Shown here piece by piece: positions 1 through 11,832 of a DNA stretch of 64,000 nt. This DNA comes from Protoeuglena noctilucae (lineage: Eukaryota), in the NCBI GenBank assembly GCA_958009085.1, contig OY253670.1, positions 1,178,001 through 1,242,000 of the forward strand, given 5' to 3'. Every line of letters begins with the position of its first letter. Position 1 is the stretch's first letter. The notes beneath the pieces are model-generated. The model saw nothing but the letters and a program-made list of their open reading frames with translations. It was not told where the DNA came from and did no database searches. The translations under genes and the position numbers were made by a program.

Positions 1-913
1 GGCCGCCATGGTCTACCTCTCGGACCCCAAAAGCGAGCCCGATTGGCTCGTGAGCGCCAAGAACTCCACGGAGCTGGACCGCTGCCGGGACATCTCCTAC
101 CCCAACGTGACGGCTATCGAGCCCGACGGCGTCTACCTCTTCCGATACCAGCAGGCGCGTGGGCTGCGAGAACATTCTATCAGAACAGAAAACAGTGGCT
201 GCTTGCCGACTCTCTCCCTCTGGTCCACGCTCGCAGAGGCAGCTGTTCAAGGACAACGGGGACCACGAGAACCCCGCGGACCTCGTCGGGACCGTGTACG
301 AGTGAGCGATGCGCCGCGTGCCTGTCCTGACACCGTTCCTTGCCCTCCCCTCGCTGCAACACGCTCGCCGTGCCCGCACGCAGGTACATGCAGGTCAGCC
401 GGCTGGACAGCAGCAAGGTGTCCACGGTGTCGGACATCGACACGACGAGCCTCTGGCAGGGCTACATGCACAACTTGAACCAGTCGGATCCGCAATATTT
501 TGAGAGCTTTATCAACAGCACGTCCCGGTGTGGTGCCAAGGACAACTCCAACTGCGTTTCGTTGTTGGATTTGTACTTCCAGTACGACGGGGAGATGCAG
601 GTGGAGAGGTACAGCCTCGAGCAGGTGTACGGCACGTCGCAGGCCGTCTCGGATGCCATGGGTGAGTGCGGGGGTCACTGGGTGTCATTGCCCCACACAC
701 ACGGCCTGTTCCATGCGTCCGCTGCCCTTGGCGCAACTGAGGGGCCGCTCGTGCGTCTCCCCGCGTGCAGCCATCCTCAGCATGGGAGTCCAGTCGATCG
801 CCACGGCGGGCCTCGTGCTCTTCATCATCGTGCGCCTGCGCATGATGTACGTCGAGAAGCAGGCCGCGCGCACGGCTGCGCAGAGGGGCGGGCCGCCCAA
901 GGAGACCGCCTGA
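1..913 (+). CDS. 5'-truncated membrane protein with one C-terminal TM helix; weak ENaC/DEG-like pre-TM2 pattern
   Basis: Three introns (155-236 GC-AG, then two GT-AG) join the frames into ...YQQ|RQLFKDNG...LDLYFQYDGEMQVERYSLEQVY...AILSMGVQSIATAGLVLFIIVRLR...KETA*. Codon usage is GC3-rich. Confidence 0.6.
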
Positions 914-1067
914 ACCGGCCGGTGAATGTCAAGTGCAGGCATTCACCGCATGATTCTCAGCAGCAGTGCCTTGACTTGGGAAGCACAGACTAGGGTAGAG
1001 GCGTGATGCGCGTATGTGTAGTCCATTCAACAACACAACAGAGCCCGAGTTGATGGACTATGCTGAG

Positions 1068-2247
1068 TTAGTCCCCCTTGCCCTTGGCGGCGCCCCTCGG
1101 CCCACCCTTTCTCCCGGTCTCGTCCCGGAGAGCGAACTCATGCGGCTCGTGACTTCCCGTATCCTCGACGACAGCCGTGGTGAGGTAGCACGCCGACCAA
1201 AACAGGCACAGCTTTCCGATCACCCAGAGATCGCAGTAGTCGGCGAGCACGAGCAGAGGGGCCCAGACTGCGAGCGAGACACGCAGACGTCACTTGGGCG
1301 CCCAACAGCGCCCGACTGAGGTCTCCCATGCGGTGCGGTAGTGGACCGCCACATGAGCGAGGTCACTTGCACGAAGCGAGCAGGAGAAGGCAACCACGCA
1401 CCTGTCAGGACCGACCCCAGGTACTGGGCGTGCGAGACGTGGTTGAAGGGGAATCCCTCCACCCAGGGCACCTTCTCCCCGAAACGGCAGCCGTAATACG
1501 TCCCCGTCTCCCCGAGCTTCGCGAAGACGGCTGCGTTGAGCGTCTGGCCGTACGCCGCCATGCCCAGGCCCAGGACCCCGACAGCGACCCCCGCCAACCC
1601 GGGGAGCAGCCGTTGGGGCCCGAGGCGGCCGCGGAAGAGGGCCAGCCATGGATTGGGTCCCGGGAGAAACTGTCCTCGGCGGTAGACCCTGCGAAGCTTC
1701 GGCGCGATGCGGTAAAAACTTTGCTGGCTTGCCCGGGGACGCAGTTACGGCACCGGTGCAAGCGCGGCAGCGCACCCGGAGACCCACGGCCACGCCAGCT
1801 TGTCCGTATCAAGGTCATGAACCATGTAGAATGTGACGGCGGCGGCAAACTGGATCGCTGCGGCGCGGCGGGGAGGGAGGCAGTTCACATCCCGACGCGG
1901 GAAAGCCAGCCAAGGAGGCGCTTGATGTGCTGCAAGAAGCCCGCAGATGGTGGATGCACGACTATGTGTCCGATGGATGCCCCTGATGCGCCGGTCGATG
2001 CATCGGCTGGAGGGGGAAAAGGCCAGACCATTGGCTACGCACCTTTGAGGACGTGGGCCGCGCTGCTGAGGGCCTTGACAGCTGAGTTGTTTCTCCCAAA
2101 CACCCGCATCCAGACGTCGGGGCGGAGCCACACCAGGGCATAGAGGACGTGCGGGAGAGCGACGAGACCGCAGGCGGGTACGAGGCCGTACCAAGCGGGG
2201 ACCCAAGATAGAACCCCCGATGCCAGGGGCAGGTTTGGATGGACCAT
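1068..2247 (-). CDS. PLMT: Phospholipid N-methyltransferase (plant PLMT / PEMT family)
   Basis: Four exons. Motifs LPHVLYALVWLRP and GQTLNAAVFAKLGETGTYYGCRFGEKVPWVEGFPFNHVSHAQYLGSVLT match plant PLMT. Three GT-AG introns restore the frame to the TAA at 1068. Confidence 0.85.
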
Positions 2248-2634
2248 CGCGAGAAGTCCCGGCCCGTTTGCGCGGCGTCGGCGGGCGACAAGTGGGGGGA
2301 AAGCAGCGCAAAGACACGCCGGCGAGTTGGCGAGCTCAGTCCGGGAAACAGGGCGCTGGACAGGACACAGACATGGCAAGGCGCGCTGTCGAGGCTGTCG
2401 GGACGAGCCTGGCCGCCCAGACGTTCGGCATTTCCCGAGGTTGTCTGACGCCAGAGCGCCCTGACCTGCTGCCACGCCTGCTTCACTGTGGACGCGATGG
2501 GCAAACAGCGCCAGAACGGAACGCGCACTTGACGCGTGCAGGAGGTCTGGGCCGTCCGCTCGCACTCCCTGAGCGCGTCCTCGTCTGTTGCCTCCCGCCT
2601 GTGCCGCCGGCCCGCGCCAGGGACCCGGAACGAC

Positions 2635-5600
2635 ATGAAGGGCGCCTTCGCAGGCTCGAGCCTGCGGCTGGGGACGCAGGTCCTGTCCCAGCCGTCCACG
2701 GCGTCACGCTCCGTGACGGTGGCCGTGGCGACGCCCAACAAACCCCCCACGTCCTACCCGGCGCGGCGTTCCAAGGCGAGTGGGCGCACATGTGCGAGTC
2801 AAGGGGGCTGTGCTTGCCCCGCGAGGTCCCGCTCGCTCTCCGCGACGGGGTGATGGCCTTGCCGGCGCGTGTGATGAGCCCGGCCCGCGCTCGCCGGGTG
2901 TGTCCCTGCGGCGATCGCTGGGTACCCACGCGCGTTCTAGGCAGCAAGTTTGAGGTGGATGTGCGGGCTTGGGCCCTCGCCAGTCGCCGGCGCGCCTCGG
3001 CGGTCAGTCCCATGTTTTGTGCCTGCTGCGACGCCCCACGCCGCTCGCTTCGGATCCAGTTCGATGAACTTTGCCATGTATGGCTTGCGGATGGCCCTCC
3101 CGCGTCCCGGCGGACCGGCGGCGGGAGCGCCTGTCGTTGCCGACCCATGTGGGGCACGCAGGGCACCCCTGCATCTCATCGCCTGGCGTTTCTCGTCGAT
3201 TGAGCCCCGCTTGTGACTGGCGTCCCGACATCCCAGAGGGAGGACGGGGCCAGATGTTCTGCTCGGCGGGCATTTCCGGCCCGAGCCCGGCCCCCAGGCG
3301 CTTGCGGCCGCGCCGCGTGGCTGATGACGTGCTCTTCGTGCGCCCGCGCAGGTGGAGATCATCAAGCAGGAGTCGGACTTCCTCCGGCACCCGCTGATGG
3401 AGGAGCTCGTCACGGGCGACAACTTCGTCTCCGAGGAGGCCATGCAGCTGCTCAAGTTCCACGGCTCGTATCAGCAGGATGACCGGGACAAGCGCAACTA
3501 CGGGCTCGGCAAGTACTACCAGTTCATGATGCGCACCCGCCAGCCTGCGGGCGTGGTGTCCAACCAGCTCTACCTGACGATGGACGACCTCGCCGACCAG
3601 GTGCGGCGCGGAGGTCATGTCCATGCGCGCCGGGCGACGCGCCGGCCGGCGCGACCGGTGCCCCCGCTCCCTCCGCAGTTCGGCAACGGCACGCTGCGGC
3701 TGACCACGCGCCAGGCGTACCAGCTGCACGGCGTCCTGAAGCACGACCTCAAGACGGTCTTCTCCTCCGTCGTCAAGGCCATGGGCTCCACGCTCGGCGC
3801 CTGCGGCGACGTGAACCGCAACGTCATGGCCGCCCCGCCCGTCTACAAGGCCGACGCTGTCCACGCCCACTGCGCCCAGCTGGCCGAGGACATCGCCGAC
3901 CTCCTCGCGCCCCAGTCCGGCGCCTACTACGACGTCTGGCTCGACGGCGAGAAGTTCATGTCCGTGGGCCGGGAGAACCCTAAGGTGACGGACGATGGCC
4001 GCCGCTTGCCTAGTCCCATGGGGCAAGGTCTTCCGGCCCGGCAGAGTCGCGCGGGCTCAACCTCCGCTCCACTCTGCCTTGCAGGTGACCGAGGACAGGG
4101 CCTTCAACAAGTTCGGCACCAACTTCGAGGACTCCCCCGAGCCCATCTACGGGACGCAGTTCCTGCCGCGCAAGTTCAAGATCGCCGTGACGGTGCCGGG
4201 CGACAACTCGGTCGACCTCCTGACCAACGACCTGGGCGTCGTGGTGATCCCGGACGGGCGCGGCGGCGTGGCGGGTTACAACCTGGTGGTCGGGGGCGGC
4301 CTGGGCCGGACGCACCGCAACAACGACACCTTCCCGCGCCTGGCCGACGCGCTGGGCTTCGTGCACAAGGACGACATCTTCCACGCCGTCAAGGCCGTCG
4401 TGGCCACGCAGCGGGACTACGGCCGCCGTGACGACCGCCGCCAGTCGCGGCTTAAGTACCTGGTGGAGAGCTGGGGCATCGACAAGTTCCGGGCGGTGGC
4501 GGAGACGTACTTCGGGAAGAAGTTCGAGCCCTTCCGGCCCCTGCCACCGTGGGAGTTCAAGGACTACCTGGGCTGGGGCGAGGACGGGCAGGGCAAGTGG
4601 TGGTACGGGGTGTACGTGCAGAACGGCCGCATCAAGGGCGAGGCCAAGAAGGTGCTCCGGACCATCGTGGAGCGCTACGAGCTGCCCGTCATCATCACGC
4701 CCCACCAGAACCTCATCCTCACCAACATCGAGGGGGCCTGGAAGCAGGACATCGAGGCGTCCCTCACGGGCGCCGGCCTCGTGCCGCTCGACCAGTGGGA
4801 CCCCATCGAGGCCTCCTCCATGGCCTGCCCCGCCCTGCCCTTATGCGGCCTGGCCGTCACGGAGGCCGAGCGCACCCTCCCGGACATCAACAAGCGCATC
4901 CGCGCCCTCATGGAGGCGAGGGGCGCGCTGACGCGAGCCGCGCGACTGGGGCGCATTGCCTGACAGAGCACAGGCCGATCAACGCCTGTCGCCCGCGCTT
5001 CCTCTCCCGCAGAAGCTGGGCCTGAAGACGGACACGCTGGTCGTGCGCATGACGGGGTGCCCCAACGGCTGCGCGCGCCCCTACATGGCGGAGATGGGCT
5101 TCGTGGGGGACGGGCCGAACTCGTACCAGCTGTGGCTGGGCGGCGCGCCCAACCAGACCCGCCTGGCGGAGGTGTTTGAGGAGCGCATGAAGATCCAAGA
5201 CCTCGAGAGGGCCATCGAGCCCGCCCTGGCCTTCTGGTGAGGCCCGCGCGCGCGCCGGCGCGCTTTCGGTGCGACGGTTGATGCCCGTGTGCTGTTCGCT
5301 GCGCTGAGTGATTGCGAGAGGCCGCCGTGACCGCCGCGCCTCGGCACGCCGTCCCTGCGCAGGCGTGACCAGCGCCGGTCCGGGGAGGCTTTCGGGGACT
5401 TTGTGTCGCGCAAGGGCTTCGACGCCATCCGCCAGTTTGCGGCCTCCTACGCGTATGTCACCCCGGAGCCTGCGCGGCCCGTGAAGAAGGCGGCCCCTGC
5501 CGCCGAGGCGGCGCCCAAGCCGGCGGCTGCGGCGCCGGCGGCTGCGGCCGGGGCCAAGAAGGCCAACGGCAACGGCAACGGGCAGAGCGAGGTGGAGTTG

Positions 5601-5693
5601 CTTGCCGCGCTGAGCGCCAAGGCGGCGGCCAAGGGCATGACCCTGGAGGAGTACATCGCCAAGATCCTGGCCAAGGAGGCGTCGGGCGCGTAA
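2635..5693 (+). CDS. SIR: Plastid ferredoxin-dependent sulfite reductase
   Basis: Transit peptide [12 protein letters not shown]...ARRSK is joined by GC-AG intron 2776-3351 to [15 protein letters not shown]. Motifs [12 protein letters not shown] and LPRKFKIA; siroheme/4Fe-4S cysteines in [12 protein letters not shown] and [12 protein letters not shown]. Five introns. Confidence 0.96.
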
Positions 5694-6111
5694 CGGCCAT
5701 CGAGCGGCCTGGTCGCGCTTGCGCTTGCGTGTCCCACCGTTTGCAAGTACCGCATGGTCTGGCAGTGGCACCGCTGGCCGAGGGGACTCAGTGAATCATC
5801 GTGGGCCCAGCGTTCGCGTTGAAGTTGAGCTTGCCAGTTCCCCGAGCGCGCGTGCAAGGCCACAGTGATTGCGAGGTCGGAGGCTAGGAATGGGGGCGGT
5901 CCAGTACGCCCCTCCCGCGGTGGCGCCGCTGCTCGGCCACCCGGCGTTCTACTTCGCGAACTGTGCCATCTCCGGCACCCTGGATTTCGCGCGTTCGTGC
6001 CTCGGTCCCATTGTGCCGCGGTATACCAGCTTTTGACGCGACCTTCGCGGGGCCACAGCGAGACAGCGGCTACCGTTTGGGTTGCCCCGAGGGTGTCATT
6101 GATACAGCGAC

Positions 6112-7666
6112 ATGGGGGGACACGGAGGCCTGAACATTCTGCCGCAGAAGCGCTGGAACGTATGGCGACAGGACAACCGGTGAGGGCGGGCCACGTCAGC
6201 TCGACCGCCGGCTATTTCCCCGCCGTTGGTAGCGCGCCTCTGCCTCACTTTATTGAGAAGTGGGACTTCGACCTCGTTGTGGGCGCTGGATCATGGACGA
6301 GGTCGCCTTGCTTGTGCCAAGGGCCTTAGCTGTTACGCTCCCGTTGAGCGCGACCGCTGCAGTCGCCGCCCCGTCCTCGCAGAGAAAAGGTACTGCAGGA
6401 TGAGAAGAAACACGCGGAGGAGCAGGCGGCCATTCGCAAGGTGCGTGCTGCGCGGGGCGCCCACTTTAGGTCAAGCATGATGGTGACCAGTCGGAGTGCC
6501 CCCCGGTCGCATCAAGCACCGGGCCGTGACTTTCAATGCCATACGCTCTATCACTACTTCCGTTCGATCGATCCATGTTGCGCGTTGCGGCCCACGTGCC
6601 TCCAAACCACCGACATCCCCGCCCCGGTCCCCGGCCTGCAGAAGCAAGAGCAGGCCGAGCGGGAGTACCGGCGCAACAAGCTGCTCGCGCGCGTGCGCGG
6701 CGCGGAGGAGCTGCAGCGCGAGTCGGGGGGCCTCGTCCGCGTCGACGAGCAGGATGCCGAGCCATTGACGCGGGACGGGGACGATCGTGGCGACGGGAGG
6801 TTCGACCTGGGCCTGGGGAAGGAGCACATCAACCTGTTCGGGCTGTCGGACGCGCGGAACGGCCCGGACGAGGCCGTGGCGGAGGCCAAGCGCGAGGAGG
6901 CGCGCCGGAGGGGCCGCGAAGACCAGCGCACGTCCGACGCGCGGTTCGATGCGCAGTTCCGGCTGGGGCGCCAGCTGGGCCAGGACGAGCCGTGGTGGGT
7001 GGATGGCGGGATGGCGCTGCAGGCGCGGCGGGAGCTCGACGCCGCACGACGTGACGCCGAGGCACGGCAGAGGCAGGCGGCGTCTGCGTCGGGGGGACCC
7101 TTGGCCGTCGGGGCCGTGGCGGAGAGCGACCTGCGCATGGAGCGGGCTCGGCGCGAGCGCGAGGAGGCGCGGCGGGAGCGGTGAGTGCGGGGGGCTTGGG
7201 GCAGGTTGTGAGGGAGTCCGTCCCTAGCATTGGCCCCACGGGGTCGCTGTGTCGCCCGCGGTCGTCGCAGCGCTGATGTCTGACCCCGGCCGATCGCAGG
7301 GCTCTGCTGGCGTCACGCGGCATCCGCCCGGGGCGCGTGGGCGACGTGAGCGTGGCGCCAGGCGAGCGTTACCTGGAGGGGCGGAGTGCGGCCGGGGATG
7401 CCTGGGGCCAAGGAGGCAGGGAGGGTCGCGAGCGGGGTTCCAAGCGGCGGAGATCCCGGTCGCCGTCATGCTCGCCCAGCCATGACGGGTCGGGGAGGGG
7501 CCGTGGCGACGACCGCGATGACTGTGGCAGCCGGGGCGGGAAGAGGGAGAAACGGGACAAGGGAGAGAGGAGGCGAGAGAAGAGAGAGAAGAAGGACAAG
7601 AAGCAGAAGCGAGAGAAGAAGGAAAGGAGGGAGAGGAAAGATGTGAGGCGGAGTGAGGGTGGATGA
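6112..7666 (+). CDS. LENG1: LENG1-like protein with N-terminal CIR_N domain
   Basis: MGGHGGLNILPQKRWNVWRQDNR|EKVLQDEKK (CIR_N pattern), HINLF motif and K/R/E-rich tail. Three GT-AG introns. Confidence 0.8.
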
Positions 7667-7923
7667 GCAGGGGTGCCGATTACACCCTCCACCATCACCG
7701 CAAGGGAATCACACGCCGTTACCGGACGCCTTAGGTCTGCAAGCATCCATTCCTGCTGCGTCGCGCCCTCGCATGTTTTGTTAGGTCAAGCGTTCAAAAC
7801 ACCCAGCGCAAGCCGTTAGCACATGAGTCAGTGGCAAACCATGCTGCATCGAGGCGTCCTGCTCGCTGCACGGTTACGCCGTGACCGTGGCCCTCGTCCG
7901 CACCGCGTCACTGCGAGTCAGCG

Positions 7924-8689
7924 TCAGACGCCATCGAAGCGGTCCATGCGGTCGGCGGCCTCGTTGGCCTTGGTGATGGCACGGTAGAACAGGAAGCCCG
8001 AGGTGGGGAGGCCCGTAGCCGCGAAGAAGCCGAGGATGGGCAGCCAGAGGGGATTCTCGGGCGGGATGACGCCAAACAGCGCGTGCTGGGCGGTGATCTC
8101 AAACACTGCGAGCGGTGGGGCGGGGGCAGGGGCAGACGTCTGGTGATGCAGGCCCTCTGGGGAGGTTGCTGCAACCGACGCCGTGCAACGCACTCCTTCT
8201 CTTACCAGACCCGACTGCCGCAATCGCCACCAGCACGGATGCGATCAGGTAGACACCGAACGGGACGCCCTCTGCCTCCTGCAGGCACGCACGGCAGCCA
8301 AGGATGATACAGCTGCCGCAAAGATCCTGCGTCTCGTCGCAGATGCATCGCCGGCACGCCCTGTGACCTTCTTCTTGCCCTCGTTGCGTGCCCAGAGAGG
8401 CTCCGGCTCCTGCTGGTCCGGGACCGATGTGGATGGCTTCTCCGGCGCGTCTGCCGAGGGTCCTGCAGCCAGAGCGGGGAGCGAGGCTTTTTGGGCTCAT
8501 CTGGCACCGCTGATGGGCGAAATCCTCGCCAATCGCGCGCTCGCGGTTGCCACCGCTCGATAAGGCACCTTCAGCCCGCACACGGGCGATGGGGCGCGAG
8601 GATGCGCGCGCAGCGTGGGGTGCCCCGCTTCTGCTCCAAGCGGTTAAGGGGGATGCGACCGTCGAGCGGCCCAGGCAAGACGCCTGCAT
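7924..8689 (-). CDS. Conserved green-lineage 2-TM thylakoid protein (AT3G51510-like)
   Basis: Transit peptide ends in VRAE. Spliced core VPFGVYLIASVLVAIAAVG..FEITAQHALFGVIPPENPLWLPILGFFAATGLPTSGFLFYRAITKANEAADRMDRFDGV. Confidence 0.75.
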
Positions 8690-9462
8690 GGCAAGATCGT
8701 GTCCGCTTCGAGGGCCCTTTCCGGGGGATCCGCCTGGCCAATACCTCGCGCGGTGTCACGACGGCGCGGTGTCGAGCCAACAAGCTGAGATTTGCCGATT
8801 GGTTCGCGCTGGGTTGGGTCCGAGTCCATGAACACAGCATTGGCTGGCGCTGCACGCGGTTGCCAGCTGATAGGACGAGGTGCGAGAGGAGCACTGTCAG
8901 TTCCTGCTTCCCTCGCGTACCTGCACACTCATTGATCCGCATCTGCGCTCGCCCTGCTCATCTGTCCCACTTCTCTCAGAGAGAAGCTTTGAGGTGAGGC
9001 GAGCGCCGTGGACGGTGCGGCTGCCCCTGTGCTTGCTAAGAGGTCGTGGAGAGGATGCCGCTGTCGCGGCGGAGGTGTTTCTCAGCCGGGGGCGCTGCCA
9101 CTGCAGCGCTTCCGATGAACAGCGCCTTATGCTGCTCCCCGGCATGCGCGCGTTTCCATTATCCTGTTTGAATTCGTCGCAAGTAGGCAGCAACGGAATC
9201 GCGGGTTCTTTTCGCCCCACGCAGGACGAGGACGCCCCTCGCATGCAGTTCCCACCTGCGCTAGCGGTTCCGAAGCCATACGAGTTCGCCGCGGCCCGGG
9301 TCCCTCGTCTTGAGGCACAACAACGCGTATCGCGCAGGGGGTGCTGAAGGCGAGCTGCTGCAACCACCGCGCGGAGCGGGGTCGCAGGGCCGTTGCTCCT
9401 GTGCTTTTCGAGCTGGTCGGGAGGCCCTCAGCGCCGGCTCGTGTCGCCGCAGAGGTCCGAGG

Positions 9463-10010
9463 ATGGCGAAGGAGGAGTTTGAGTTGCCGAAGGACTTGGA
9501 CGAGTACTTCAAGATCGCCAAGGACCCTCTGGTCAAGTCGAGCAACATGGTGATGGAGATGAGGGACGAGGTGGTCGACATCATCGTCCAGTTCACCGAG
9601 GGCAAGTACGCCAACGACTACGAGAAGTCGTCAAACGTGAGTCGCTGCGCGGGGGCGGGCTCGAGGGCCGCAGGGAGCCCGTGGCGCGCGTCACTGTATG
9701 GCCCACCCTGTGATTCGCAGTTGATCAAGGAGAACCTGGACAAGAAGTTTGGCAGTTCATGGCACGTCGTGGTGGGCAAGCACTTCGCGTACGACATCAC
9801 GTGCGAGGCGCGGCACATGGTGCAGGTGGGCGGCCGAGACTGCCGAAGTCTGTGCTGATGTTACGCTGGGCCGCTGTCGCTCGAGCCTCGAGCTCACGAG
9901 CCTCGAACTGTGTCGGTGCACTTCAAGCAAGTATCGAAAATGTGGGATGACATCCGCCCCCGCAGGTCTTCACGGGTGGGCAGATGGCGTGCCTCGCATG
10001 GAAACACTAG
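9463..10010 (+). CDS. DNAL4: Axonemal dynein light chain 4 (LC8 family; Chlamydomonas LC10-like)
   Basis: PLVKSSNMVMEMRDEVVD...IKENLDKKFGSSWHVVVGKHFAYDIT...GGQMACLAWKH*. Two GT-AG introns. Confidence 0.88.
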
Positions 10011-10039
10011 TGCTAGCCCTGGCGTGTTCAATTCTCTGC

Positions 10040-11100
10040 TCATTCTCGCGGTCCCGAATTCCCTGGCATGGGCGATTCGGGGCTCCCTGGCGGCCTGGCC
10101 ATCTGGCGCAGGTACTGCGATGCCAGAACTGCCACCTCCTCTTCGTCCAGCGCATCGGCCTGCGCCCACGGGAGGCACAGAATGTGGAACGTGCCATCCC
10201 CGTCGCTACCGGCCCATGCCTCCATTCGCGCGCACAGCCCCACATGCACCACTCGCCAGGATGTCCGATCCGCACTTGACCCCTTGTGTGTGGTGGTTCG
10301 CCCGCTGCAGCTCCCCGGCCGACACCCCCAAGTACCCCACCGGCCTCCCGGGCGGTTCGGGGTCCCAAGCACGTTTCTCAGGGGAGCCCTGGAGGGGTGG
10401 TGACCTGCTAGTCTCCGTGGCTCCTGCTCGCTCCCACATCCCCGGCACGAACCGCGGCGCCGCTGCCGATGGGCCAGCACCTGCGAAGGCAGGGCACGGC
10501 GCTGGCGCGGTGAGGCCAGTGATGCATCGCAAAGACACGAAACAGAGAGGCGGCCTCCACATACGAGGGGTGCCAGCGTCCGGCAACGGGTCTTGTGTTG
10601 GGCTGCGGTCTCCCGGGCGCCCCTCCGTGCCGTCGCCCTGCGCGAGCATGCAGAGCGGGGAAAGGCGGGTGAGGTCCAAGCACTGGCCGGGGTCAGCAGG
10701 GACGACGGCCTCAGCACAAACTCACGTGGGCGCTCCCCGCGGCTAGCCGGTGCCCGGCAGCGCCGAAGCCCTGGGTGGTCTGCCGGAAATCGGACCGCAC
10801 GGCATGCAGCTGCATGACGCTCTGCGAAAGCTCGCTGTGGAGCTGCCACAGGGGCGAGTTGCTGAGGAAGCTCTCGCGGAACACCTGGAAGAAGCCAATC
10901 GCGCGCCCGGTGTAGTAGCCCAGACCCCTGCGGAGGTTGTCATCCACCGCGGTATCGGCTGTGACGGCCGAAACGGGCCCTGCGCTCGCCGCGGGTCGCG
11001 CTGGGACGCACCGGGAGAAGTGACGGACGTCTCCCTTGCTCACAGTCACGAACGCCACCAGGCCCACCACGCCCCACGTCGTCAGGTCGAAGAAGAACAT
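10040..11100 (-). CDS. Mitochondrial TatB-like protein (plant mtTatB family)
   Basis: N-terminal TM plus amphipathic helix (MFFFDLTTWGVVGLVAFVTVSKGDVRHFS..GYYTGRAIGFF). C-terminal VSAG...GSDIL|ADALDEEEVA motif, restored by GC-AG intron 10160-10256, resembles plant mtTatB. Confidence 0.7.
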
Positions 11101-11832
11101 GGGCAGGGACCGCCCGATGATGTAGTCGCTGAGGATGCTCGACTGCACGCTCCCTGCCCAACTCTGGAGAACGGGTGGCGCGCTCGGATGGACAGATGGT
11201 CCTTTCGTCGCTTCCACGATCGCACGCCTCTGCATGGCCCGAGACTCTCAAGCATTACTAAAATTCCCGCCCCGCCAGTGACGGGTGTGTCCACGTCTGG
11301 CCAGCCGCTTGGGTGTCGCGCTGCCGCCGCCACCGTCGTCTGTGTGCCGCAAAGACTGTCTTCTCGGCTCCAAAGCGCGTTCTTACCCAGCCTCGTGCGG
11401 TGCGACGGAGAACAGTACGCATCTCGCCACGCCTCCCCAGGTGCTCTCCCTGCCATCGCATGCGCTGGGATACGTTCGATCCCGCTTCTTTTCATCGCTG
11501 TCTGGCTGACACAGCGTCGCACCGCATCTTCGCGTCACGCAGGGGCCCCGTCAAGAATGCCACATGCGATGACGTTGGCGTGACCGTGACCGCGGCGCTC
11601 CCTGGACCGACGCCCTAGGCAAGGCTCACCAAAGGTCACTCTCTCATACGTTTGCAGCGGTGAGTGGTGCGAAGGCCTGTTTTGTTCCAGGGAGCCCGTC
11701 CGTGGTCGTTGCTGATCTTTGGTCCGCGCGCCGCCTCATGACGGATGCGGACCCGCGCATCCCGCAGTAGAACTCAGACACCTTCTCTCCAGTGCATGGG
11801 GCCCGGGGCCCGACGCACCGAGGGTCTCCACG

